DNA of 58,803 nucleotides from Bacteroidales bacterium (lineage in GTDB: Bacteria > Bacteroidota > Bacteroidia > Bacteroidales > UBA932). Under the pieces are notes generated by a model. The model did not search any database. It saw nothing but the letters and a program-made list of their open reading frames with translations, and had not been told where the DNA came from. The translations under genes and the position numbers were made by a program. This document shows positions 38,954 to 47,473 of this stretch, one piece after another. The stretch covers positions 1-58,803 of the forward strand of contig JAEDLO010000001.1 in NCBI GenBank assembly GCA_016295245.1, written 5' to 3'. Positions within the stretch are counted from its first letter, which is position 1, and every line of letters starts with the position of its first letter.

Positions 38954-40063
38954 ATGGACTCTAACAACACACAACTCAATCTCCATTGCCAGGCGCTGCT
39001 GGAGCAATTCGACCGCAACAAGCCGCTGTATGACAAGCTCAAGGAAGTGATTGTCAAGCTCCTTGACGGGCTCATCAAGGAAAACGCCCTGGTGGTTACC
39101 GCCACCGAGGCCAGAGTTAAAGACAGGAACAGCCTGATTGGAAAACTGGCACTCAAGGGAGACAAATATGAGTCAATAGACGACATCACCGACCTTGTAG
39201 GAGCCAGGGTGATAACCTTCTACACCGACGAAGTCGACAAGATTGCCGCCCTAATGGAAAAAGTCTTCATCATCGACTGGGCCAACTCAGTGGACAAGAG
39301 GAAGATGCACCAGCTCAACAGCTTCGGCTATAACTCCCTCCACTATATCTGCAGCGTCCCGGAAAGCCTCTACAGCAACCCCGAGTACCCGGGCCTCAAC
39401 CGGATACGATTCGAAATCCAGATGAGAACCGCCCTGCAGCACGTATGGTCCAACATCCACCACGATACAGGTTATAAGTCCGGAATTGAGATTCCGGAAG
39501 AGTATTTGCGAAACCTCAACCGCCTTGCCGGAATGCTGGAACTCGCCGACGAGCAGTTCAACCTCATCCGAACCGGCATAAACGAATATCGCCGCAAGGT
39601 CCAGACCCTCGTAGCCGACGGCAACCTGGACGAAGTACTGCTGGACGGAGACAGTTTCGACTCATATCTCAAGATCGGGCCCTTCGACGACCTCAACCGC
39701 AAGATAGCGTCACTCAACCAGGCCGAAATCCACGAAGACAATCTCAAACCATTCCTGGCAGCATTCAAGAATATGGGAATGAAGACCCTTGGCGATATCG
39801 AAAGCCTCAAGAGCAGATACTCCAACGATGCCTTCAAACTCGCCGCCCATAGAATCGGAGCCACGGATTTGGACATCATCTCGTCAACGATCGGAGCCAG
39901 AAGCCTTTGTGAGGTATATATACTCGAAAACGGCGGCGGCCCTGCCGGCCTGGTTTCACTTTACGACACCATCCTTGGCGAAAACAGATACAATGCCCAA
40001 CAGGCAAACCTGATATACAGCCAGGCAACGAAATTGCCGTTTATGGAAAAACACCTCCAATGA
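38954..40063 (+). CDS. RelA/SpoT synthetase-domain protein (small alarmone synthetase-like) with C-terminal extension
   Basis: ARVK, DLVGARV, GYNSLHY, EIQMRT, HDTGYK motifs; no HD, TGS or ACT domain. Confidence 0.88.
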   Translation: MDSNNTQLNLHCQALLEQFDRNKPLYDKLKEVIVKLLDGLIKENALVVTATEARVKDRNSLIGKLALKGDKYESIDDITDLVGARVITFYTDEVDKIAALMEKVFIIDWANSVDKRKMHQLNSFGYNSLHYICSVPESLYSNPEYPGLNRIRFEIQMRTALQHVWSNIHHDTGYKSGIEIPEEYLRNLNRLAGMLELADEQFNLIRTGINEYRRKVQTLVADGNLDEVLLDGDSFDSYLKIGPFDDLNRKIASLNQAEIHEDNLKPFLAAFKNMGMKTLGDIESLKSRYSNDAFKLAAHRIGATDLDIISSTIGARSLCEVYILENGGGPAGLVSLYDTILGENRYNAQQANLIYSQATKLPFMEKHLQ

Positions 40064-41460
40064 GAAAGCTTATCGAAATCTGTGACGGAAAAGCCATCCA
40101 GAAAGAATTCGCGATGGCCTCCCCTGTCAATTTCTGCCTTGAAGAAGGCGAAAGGATAGCAGTTTACGGCCCTAACGGCAGCGGGAAAAGCCGCCTTGTG
40201 GAATTCATCACCGGACGCTACCGCCTCAACCCGGGCGCACTGCGCTTCGACTTCGGCGAATACAGCAAGCGCTTCAACTGCGAAAATATCAAGCTCATTA
40301 CTTTTCGCGACTCCTACGGCGGAGCGACCGACGAGGGCTACTACTACCAGAAGAGGTGGAACCAGATGGACATCGACCCGGAATTCGTGCCGACAGTCCG
40401 CGCCGTGCTCGAAAAGGAAATCGAAGCCGCGCCGGACAAAACCCTCGCCCACCAAACGGCTGCAAGTCTTTCAAGGGACTTCGGTCTCGACAAGCTGCTC
40501 GACAAGTTCGTAATAACCCTGTCAAGCGGCGAACTGCGCAAACTCCAGCTGACCAAGGCCCTGCTTGCAGACCCCTGCGTACTTATAATTGACAACCCAT
40601 TCATCGGCCTGGACGAGGCGACCCGCGAGCAGCTGAGCCACACGCTTGCCGCCCTATGCAGCCGCAAGCCTGCACTGGGCATCATTCTCCTTGTCTCGCG
40701 CAAAGAAGAAATCCCCGACTTCGTCACCCACATCGTCCGCACCAGCGAGCTCAATGTCCTGCCCAAATGCCCTTATGTGCCTGAAAAACAGGCCGACGAG
40801 GTTATCCGTATGAGCAACATCCGCATCCAATATGACGACAGGACCATCATCGGCGGCCTCAACTGGACGGTGCGCAAAGGCGAGCACTGGGTGGTAACCG
40901 GCGCCAACGGCAGCGGCAAGAGCACTCTTCTTAGCCTGATCTGCGCCGACAATCCCCAGGCATACGCCTGCAATATCAGTCTCTTCGGGCGCCGCCGCGG
41001 CACGGGAGAAAGCATCTGGGACATCAAGAAGCGCATCGGCTTCGTCAGCCCTGAGCTGCACCGCAGTTTCAAGTTCAACCTCAGCTTGCGCGAAGTGGTC
41101 GAAAGTGGCTTTTTCGACACCCTGGGCATCCCGCACAGCGTGAGTCCTGAACAGCGCGCGGCAGCCAATCAGTGGATGGAGCAACTGGGCATAGCGGAAC
41201 TGTCCGGTAAGCCTTTCCAGAAATGCTCCAGCGGCGAGCAGCGTCTTGCCCTGCTGGCGCGAGCCTTCGTAAAGGACCCGGAACTTCTCGTCCTGGACGA
41301 ACCTATGCACGGCCTGGATGATTTCGCGCGTGAAAATGTCCGTGCTCTGCTGGACGACTACTTTGTCTCACAAGCAGACAAAACCCTGATAATGGTCACC
41401 CACTACTGGAAGGAGATGCCTGCCTGTATAGACCGATATCTTATGCTTTCGAAATCCTAA
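40060..41460 (+). CDS. ModF-like ABC ATPase with two nucleotide-binding domains
   Basis: GPNGSGKS and GANGSGKS, LSSGE/CSSGE signatures, RRGTGESIWDIKKRIGFVSPELH. Confidence 0.88.
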   Translation: MRKLIEICDGKAIQKEFAMASPVNFCLEEGERIAVYGPNGSGKSRLVEFITGRYRLNPGALRFDFGEYSKRFNCENIKLITFRDSYGGATDEGYYYQKRWNQMDIDPEFVPTVRAVLEKEIEAAPDKTLAHQTAASLSRDFGLDKLLDKFVITLSSGELRKLQLTKALLADPCVLIIDNPFIGLDEATREQLSHTLAALCSRKPALGIILLVSRKEEIPDFVTHIVRTSELNVLPKCPYVPEKQADEVIRMSNIRIQYDDRTIIGGLNWTVRKGEHWVVTGANGSGKSTLLSLICADNPQAYACNISLFGRRRGTGESIWDIKKRIGFVSPELHRSFKFNLSLREVVESGFFDTLGIPHSVSPEQRAAANQWMEQLGIAELSGKPFQKCSSGEQRLALLARAFVKDPELLVLDEPMHGLDDFARENVRALLDDYFVSQADKTLIMVTHYWKEMPACIDRYLMLSKS

Positions 41461-41890
41461 GATGGTGGTCGAGATACTCCGCCCACTTTGAAAGCTCGTC
41501 GTCGTTTTCAGCCACAACGCTGGCAATCAGCAGCACACCCTGCTTGATTTCCACGCACATTACCAGCATCACCGACTCATCCTCGCAGATGCCGCTGAAG
41601 CCGAAAGCCCTCTTTTTCTGGAACTTCCACTCTGCAATCGGACTCTGCTCGTCGTCCTCATCGTCGTCCCAGCCGATAATGTCGGCATAGTTGGCGAACG
41701 CCTCATCTTCGGCGGTCGTGCCTTCCGGCATATCGCCCACATAAATGTCCATTGCCGCCTTGGCGGTATCCGAACCGGCCGGGGTCAGGTGGCAGTTCAG
41801 GTGAGTTATCATCTCGCCAGCCACTTCTTCGTAGCAGTCCTGCTCACAGGCCCAACCCTGGGGCAAAGGAAGAGTTACATTATAATTCAT
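41441..41890 (-). CDS. Hypothetical acidic cytoplasmic protein (149 aa)
   Basis: Clean ORF from ATG 41890 filling the gap; no recognised motif. Confidence 0.7.
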   Translation of the reverse strand: MNYNVTLPLPQGWACEQDCYEEVAGEMITHLNCHLTPAGSDTAKAAMDIYVGDMPEGTTAEDEAFANYADIIGWDDDEDDEQSPIAEWKFQKKRAFGFSGICEDESVMLVMCVEIKQGVLLIASVVAENDDELSKWAEYLDHHLRISKA

Positions 41891-41986
41891 CTCGTTGAAA
41901 ATTTTCCGAAAGATACAAAATTTCGGCACGGCACATACATTTTAAATTTTTTTATGTAACTTTGAGAGATTCAAAATTTCAGTCAA

Positions 41987-43189
41987 ATGGCACTCAAGAT
42001 TTCCAACAAAACCCAATCAATGCCGGCATCGGCAATCCGCAAACTCGTTCCGTATTCAGACGCAGCTGCCTCTGAAGGCATCAAGGTTTACCACCTCAAC
42101 GTCGGAGCTCCGGACATCAAGTCTCCGGATTGCGCCCTGGATGCTGTAGCAGAGAAGTGCAAGAGCCTCCACCACGTCTCATACACCAACTCTGCAGGCC
42201 TGATTGAACTTCGCAAGGGACTTGTTGAGAAATACTATAAGAAAATCGGCATCAACATCGAGGTTCCCGAACTTCTGGTAAGTGTGGGAGGCAGCGAAGC
42301 ATTCGCGCAGGCTATGCAGATTGCGGCAGACGAGGGCGACGAAATCATCGTCATCGAGCCATTCTACACCAACTACCAGACCTTCGCTTTCCTCAACGGC
42401 ATCACCCTCAAGGCTGTCCACACCGATATCCGCGAGTCATTCCGCATCCCTGATATCTCCGAATTCGAGAAGCTCATAAGCGAGAAGACCAAGGCCGTAC
42501 TTATCAGCAATCCTTGCAACCCTTCGGGAAAACTCTTCTCGAAGGAGGATATGCTTGCCATAGGCGACTTCTGCAAGCGCCACGACCTCTTCCTTATTTC
42601 CGATGAGGTTTATCGCGAATTCTGCTACACCGATGAACCGCACTTCAGTGCTATGAACATCCCCGGCTGCGAGCAGAACGTCATTCTTGTAGACTCAGTG
42701 TCAAAGCGTTACAATCTTTGCGGCGCACGTATCGGCTGCATCGCTTCCCACAACAAGGACGTGATGGCGGCAGCCCTCAAACTCGCCCAGTCAAGACTCT
42801 GCCCGCCGCTGCTTGAGCAGTACGCCTCAATCGGTGCTCTCGACACTCCTCAGTCATACTTCGACGAAGTTAAGGAAGAATACATAAAGAGACGTGACTG
42901 CGCTATCAAGCTCCTCAACGAGATTCCGGGCGTCTTCGCCCCTACCCCGTACGGAGCCTTTTACACCGTAGCCGAGCTCCCTGTAGAAAATGCCGAGGAC
43001 TTCGCAAAATGGATGCTCACCGAGTTCCGCATCGATGGTCAGACAACTATGATCACCCCTGCCGCCTCATTCTACAAGACAGCAGGCGTAAAGAACCAGG
43101 TCCGCATTGCCTATGTCCTTGAGGTGCCTGAGCTCGAGAAGGCCATCCACATCCTTGCAGAAGGCCTCAAAGCCTACAACAGCAGGTAA
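41987..43189 (+). CDS. PLP-dependent class I/II aminotransferase (aspartate aminotransferase-like)
   Basis: NPCNPSG, SDEVY, SVSKRY (PLP lysine), GARIG. Confidence 0.93.
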   Translation: MALKISNKTQSMPASAIRKLVPYSDAAASEGIKVYHLNVGAPDIKSPDCALDAVAEKCKSLHHVSYTNSAGLIELRKGLVEKYYKKIGINIEVPELLVSVGGSEAFAQAMQIAADEGDEIIVIEPFYTNYQTFAFLNGITLKAVHTDIRESFRIPDISEFEKLISEKTKAVLISNPCNPSGKLFSKEDMLAIGDFCKRHDLFLISDEVYREFCYTDEPHFSAMNIPGCEQNVILVDSVSKRYNLCGARIGCIASHNKDVMAAALKLAQSRLCPPLLEQYASIGALDTPQSYFDEVKEEYIKRRDCAIKLLNEIPGVFAPTPYGAFYTVAELPVENAEDFAKWMLTEFRIDGQTTMITPAASFYKTAGVKNQVRIAYVLEVPELEKAIHILAEGLKAYNSR

Positions 43190-43203
43190 ACAATAACAAC
43201 AAT

Positions 43204-43257
43204 ATGAAACCGAGGGTGGCTGTCAGTCTTTCGACTTCAAGTCACCCTCGGTTTCAT
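43204..43257. terminator. Hairpin between convergent aminotransferase and DAHP synthase genes
   Basis: 18-bp inverted repeat ATGAAACCGAGGGTGGCT/AGTCACCCTCGGTTTCAT. Confidence 0.75.
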
Positions 43258-43273
43258 TTCCGGAAGGACCGGA

Positions 43274-44302
43274 TTACCAGATTTCGGCTATGTCGTAAAT
43301 CAGGCGTTCGGTTTTTTCCCAACCCAGGCAAGGATCGGTGATGGACTTGCCATAAACACCGTCACAGGACTTCTGGGATCCATCCTCGATGTAGGATTCT
43401 ATCATCAGTCCCTTCACCAGACGGTGGATGTCATCGTTGTGGCGGGCACTGTGGATGATTTCCTTGGCGATACGAATCTGCTCAAGATACTTTTTGCCCG
43501 AATTCGAATGGTTGGTATCGACTATCACGGCCGGATTGGCAAGCTTCGAATTGGCATAAAGCTCAACGAGCCTGATAAGGTCCTCGTAGTGGTAGTTCGG
43601 ATGGTTCACACCCTTCGAATCCACATAGCCCCTGAGTATGGCATGCGCAAGAGGATTTCCCTTACTCTCGACTTCCCAGTTGCGGTAGATGAAGGTATGG
43701 GACGATTGGGCGGCAGTAATGGAGTTCATCATCACCGAAAGGTCGCCGCTGGTAGGATTCTTCATTCCTACAGGCAGGTCAAGGCCGCTGGCGGTGAGAC
43801 GGTGCTGCTGGTTCTCTACCGAACGCGCGCCGACTGCAACGTAAGAGAGCAGGTCGGAGAGGAAACGGTGATTCTCCGGATAGAGCATTTCGTCCGCACA
43901 GGAGAAGCCGGTCTCGTTGATGGCCCTCATATGGAGCTTGCGTATGGCGATGAGGCCCTTGAGCATATCTGAGTCGGCAAGCGGATCCGGTTGGTGAAGC
44001 ATACCCTTGTAGCCGGCGCCGGTGGTACGCGGCTTGTTTGTATAGATGCGCGGTACTATGACGATTCTGTCCTTGACCTTCTCCTGCACTTCACGGAGCC
44101 TTCCGATATAGTCCATAACCGCATCCTCGCGGTCGGCAGAGCAGGGGCCGATGACCAGCATCAGTTTGTCACTCTCCCCGGTGATGATACGCGTAATCTG
44201 CTCGTCATTGCGCTGCTTTGCAGCGGCGCCCTCAGCGCTGATAGGATACATCTCCTTGATTTCCTGAGGGATAAGCAGCTTGCGCTTGAAGTTCATATTC
44301 AT
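43274..44302 (-). CDS. aroF: 3-deoxy-7-phosphoheptulonate (DAHP) synthase, class I-alpha
   Basis: IGPCS, KPRTTG, VGARS, GMKNPT, DTNHSNS, SITDPC; ATG 44302 preceded by AGGAGAG. Confidence 0.93.
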   Translation of the reverse strand: MNMNFKRKLLIPQEIKEMYPISAEGAAAKQRNDEQITRIITGESDKLMLVIGPCSADREDAVMDYIGRLREVQEKVKDRIVIVPRIYTNKPRTTGAGYKGMLHQPDPLADSDMLKGLIAIRKLHMRAINETGFSCADEMLYPENHRFLSDLLSYVAVGARSVENQQHRLTASGLDLPVGMKNPTSGDLSVMMNSITAAQSSHTFIYRNWEVESKGNPLAHAILRGYVDSKGVNHPNYHYEDLIRLVELYANSKLANPAVIVDTNHSNSGKKYLEQIRIAKEIIHSARHNDDIHRLVKGLMIESYIEDGSQKSCDGVYGKSITDPCLGWEKTERLIYDIAEIW

Positions 44303-44318
44303 AATTTTCTCTCCTATA

Positions 44319-45158
44319 TTAGTCAATTCTATAAGCTCCCGCGAGCTTGAATCTGTCGCAGACCGCAGCCAGTTCCTTAAGCAGGCTCTGACCGTCGGCG
44401 CTGTTCACGTCGCCTTCAAGCTCGATGCAGAAATAGTAGTTCCACATCAGGTCCTTCATCGGACGGGAGCGGAGGCTGCACATATTGAAATTGTGGGCGC
44501 CTATGATGTTCAAAGTCTTGGCCAGTGAGCCCGCCTCGTGCTTGACGGTAAACATAAGCATAAAGCGCCTGCCCATCTTCTCCTTGCCCAGGTCCTTGTT
44601 GAGCACGCGGGAGAAGGCTCCGAAACGGGTACTCTCCCCGCCCTGGAGTTCCAACTCGCCGACACGGTTGAGGAACAGGCTGCCCGAGAACATCAGGTCA
44701 GAAACGCTGCCCAGATCTCCCTCGGAGCTGTTTTCCAAAGGCAGGACAACCGCATCGCATTCTCCCTTCACGCAAGCGTCATAGGCACTCTCGAAGCTGT
44801 CGTAGGCCTGAAGGCTTGCCTGCGGGAACAGTTTGCCGGCAGCCTCCAGCGAGAGCGTGTCGGAGTCACCGTTGTAAGCGACTTTCATACCGCTCATCAG
44901 ACGCCTCTGGTAGGCCTTGGAAAGGTCCATCAGATTCTGCTCGAAGTTGATGTAGTACTCCCTTATGGTGTCGTCTGCGACCTTGGTCGAGTTCAGGCGG
45001 ATAACTTCCGCTTCCCGGGCCGGGTCAGAGATGGCCAGAGAATTGGCCATCTTGTACTCCAGCACCTTGCGGCTCTCCTCCATCCTCTTTTCGAAGAGCT
45101 CGACCATCTGCGAATCTATCGCATTGATTCTCTTGCGTATATCGTCAAGGTTCTCCAT
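44319..45158 (-). CDS. pheA: Chorismate mutase fused to an internally deleted prephenate dehydratase and an ACT domain
   Basis: AroQ motifs (R..I..ID, KRM, D..RE), PLENS, TRF, ACT segment LRSRP..YYF; only 279 aa. Confidence 0.8.
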   Translation of the reverse strand: MENLDDIRKRINAIDSQMVELFEKRMEESRKVLEYKMANSLAISDPAREAEVIRLNSTKVADDTIREYYINFEQNLMDLSKAYQRRLMSGMKVAYNGDSDTLSLEAAGKLFPQASLQAYDSFESAYDACVKGECDAVVLPLENSSEGDLGSVSDLMFSGSLFLNRVGELELQGGESTRFGAFSRVLNKDLGKEKMGRRFMLMFTVKHEAGSLAKTLNIIGAHNFNMCSLRSRPMKDLMWNYYFCIELEGDVNSADGQSLLKELAAVCDRFKLAGAYRID

Positions 45159-45167
45159 CTTGGCAAA

Positions 45168-46496
45168 TCAGATTCTTTTAAGGATTTCCTCGGTCTGAGC
45201 CTCGTAGCCCGGCTTACGCAGAAGCGCGAACATATTCTTCTTGTATGCCTCAACGCCCGGCTGGTTGAACGGATTCACACCGAGGGTATATGCGCTCACG
45301 CCGCAGGCGAACTCAAAGAAGTAGAAGATTGCTCCGAGGTTGTATTCGTTGATTCTCTCTATGCTGACTTCAAGCTGAGGCACATCACCGTCGATGTGGG
45401 CGAGCTTGGTTCCGAGCTGGGCCATCGCGTTGCAATGCTCCACCCTCTGGCCTGCCAGATAGTTGAGCTGGTCGAGGTTCTGCTCATCGCTGCCGATGAC
45501 AAGCTCACGGTTTGAGTTCTCAACGGTCACTGTGGTCTCGAACATCACGCGGTCACCCTCCTGGATGAACTGACCCATTGAGTGAAGGTCAGTGGTGCAG
45601 ACTACTGAAGCCGGGAAGATACCCTTAAGGTCCTTGCCCTCAGACTCGCCGTAAAGCTGCTTCCACCACTCTCCCAGATACTGGAACTTCGGATTGAAGG
45701 TAACCAGGACTTCAATCTTCTTTCCGAGCTCGCTGTAGAGCAGGTTTCTCATTGCGGCGTACTTGACGGCAGCGTTATCCTCCGACTTCACGAGGAGGGC
45801 CTCACGCTCGTCTGCCGCACCCTTGAGCATTGCGCGGATGTCAAAGCCGCCCAGTACGATAGGCAGAAGGCCTACCGGAGTGAGGACAGAGTAGCGTCCA
45901 CCCACATTGTCAGGAACCACGAAAGTCTTGTAGCCTTCCTGGGTTGCCAGAGTCTTGAGGGCACCCCTGGCCGCGTCAGTGACAGCCACGATGCGCTCTG
46001 CAGCCTCGGCCTTTCCGTAGGTCTTCTCGATATATTCCTTGACGATGCGGAAAGCCACTGCCGGCTCAGTGGTGGTACCTGACTTCGAGATCACCACGCA
46101 GGCCACGTTCCTGATAGCGGCAAGATCCATCAGCTCGGCAAGATACTCCTCTGAGAGGTTGCTTCCGGCAAAAACGATCTGCGGTACGCCTTCCTTGCGG
46201 ATGAAGCCGTGAGAAAGGGCCTCAAGAGCGCAGCGTGCTCCCAGATATGAGCCGCCGATGCCGATTACGACCACCAGGTCAACCTTCTTGGCAGCCCAAT
46301 TGTCGCGGATTGCCTCGCACTCCACGATCAGGGACTCGGGAATATCGACCGGAAGGGTTTTCCAGCCGAGGAAGTCATTGCCTGCACCCTTTTCTGAATC
46401 GAGAACATCAAAAGCATCAAGAGCTTTCTTGAGATACTTGCCGTAGTCTGCGTCCTTTACAAAGGACTTGCATCCATCAATGTTTACTTTTATCAT
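45168..46496 (-). CDS. pgi: Glucose-6-phosphate isomerase
   Basis: GIGGSYLG, SKSGTTTE, VGGRYSV, ESEGK, DLHSMGQ, NQPGVEAYK. Confidence 0.97.
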   Translation of the reverse strand: MIKVNIDGCKSFVKDADYGKYLKKALDAFDVLDSEKGAGNDFLGWKTLPVDIPESLIVECEAIRDNWAAKKVDLVVVIGIGGSYLGARCALEALSHGFIRKEGVPQIVFAGSNLSEEYLAELMDLAAIRNVACVVISKSGTTTEPAVAFRIVKEYIEKTYGKAEAAERIVAVTDAARGALKTLATQEGYKTFVVPDNVGGRYSVLTPVGLLPIVLGGFDIRAMLKGAADEREALLVKSEDNAAVKYAAMRNLLYSELGKKIEVLVTFNPKFQYLGEWWKQLYGESEGKDLKGIFPASVVCTTDLHSMGQFIQEGDRVMFETTVTVENSNRELVIGSDEQNLDQLNYLAGQRVEHCNAMAQLGTKLAHIDGDVPQLEVSIERINEYNLGAIFYFFEFACGVSAYTLGVNPFNQPGVEAYKKNMFALLRKPGYEAQTEEILKRI

Positions 46497-46568
46497 AACT
46501 GCTGTAGATTAAGACAATTTTATCTAACAAATGTAACTAATATCCGCAAAAAAAACAAAAAGCCCAGA

Positions 46569-47438
46569 CTACTTGAGCCTGGTCTTCATCCACCTTGAAA
46601 TCAAATCCACCCTTTTTGCGAAAACCCCATAATCCAGAGACGAGGGCAGGTCGCCTTCCTTGTTTGTCAGGCCGGTGATGCCGGAAGTGAACATCAGCGA
46701 AGGAACCCCGGCCTCGACGAACCATCTCTGGTCGGAGATCTTCTTATAGAACAAATCTGTGAAATTGCGGCTGGAATAATAGTCGTAGGCCAGGTCCAGC
46801 CCCGGTTCACGATTGGCGTTTTCGAGCGCAAAGCGCTGCGAACTGCCTCCCAGGGCTATCAGGTAGTCCTCCCTGCCCTTGTGGAGCGGCGCGGCAGTAG
46901 AGCCGAGAATGTCCAGATTGACCACCATCTCGACCTTGTAGCGCTCATCCACCCAGACCTTGAAGGCCCGCGAGCCGCTCAGGCTGGCACAATGACCGTC
47001 ATAGGCGACAAAAATGAGCCCCACTTCCCTTGTGCAGAGGTCCTTCAGGCTGCCGGCAAGCGAGAGCAGCGCCGCCACACCGGAGGCGTTGGCGTCCGCA
47101 CCCGGGAAGAATTTCCCGCCTATGGTTCCAAGGCCGTCGTAATATGCACCCACGACGATATAACTCCGAAACCAGCCTGGCGTTACCCCAATCACGTTGT
47201 GGCCCGCGCCTTTCCCCTCCCGGAAGGACTGCACGCTTGTACGCAGCCCCATATCCTTGAACTGCCGTAGCAGGTAAAAACTCACGCCCTGGGCAGCCGG
47301 AGTGCCGAATCCGCGGCCGGCGAAAAGACTGTCCGAGAGAAAGGCCACCTCCTCCCGCAGGCGGCTTTCATCCTGAGCCGAGGCGGCGGGCAGACCGACG
47401 AGCAGAAAAAGGAGCGTCAATGTTAAAAATCTTTTCAA
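46569..47438 (-). CDS. M28 peptidase-fold exported protein with degenerate active site
   Basis: Signal peptide; FLSDSLFAGRG, NVIG, GAD.NASG, NLD, SD..F...GVP motifs; TTG start. Confidence 0.8.
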   Translation of the reverse strand: MKRFLTLTLLFLLVGLPAASAQDESRLREEVAFLSDSLFAGRGFGTPAAQGVSFYLLRQFKDMGLRTSVQSFREGKGAGHNVIGVTPGWFRSYIVVGAYYDGLGTIGGKFFPGADANASGVAALLSLAGSLKDLCTREVGLIFVAYDGHCASLSGSRAFKVWVDERYKVEMVVNLDILGSTAAPLHKGREDYLIALGGSSQRFALENANREPGLDLAYDYYSSRNFTDLFYKKISDQRWFVEAGVPSLMFTSGITGLTNKEGDLPSSLDYGVFAKRVDLISRWMKTRLK

Positions 47439-47473
47439 AATTGGTGCGATAATTGATTATCTTTGCAAAGATA

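Noticed and set aside
40570..40600. Walker B DN instead of DE in the first ATPase domain
   Set aside because: A degenerate first site is usual in ModF-like proteins, so it is not evidence of a pseudogene.
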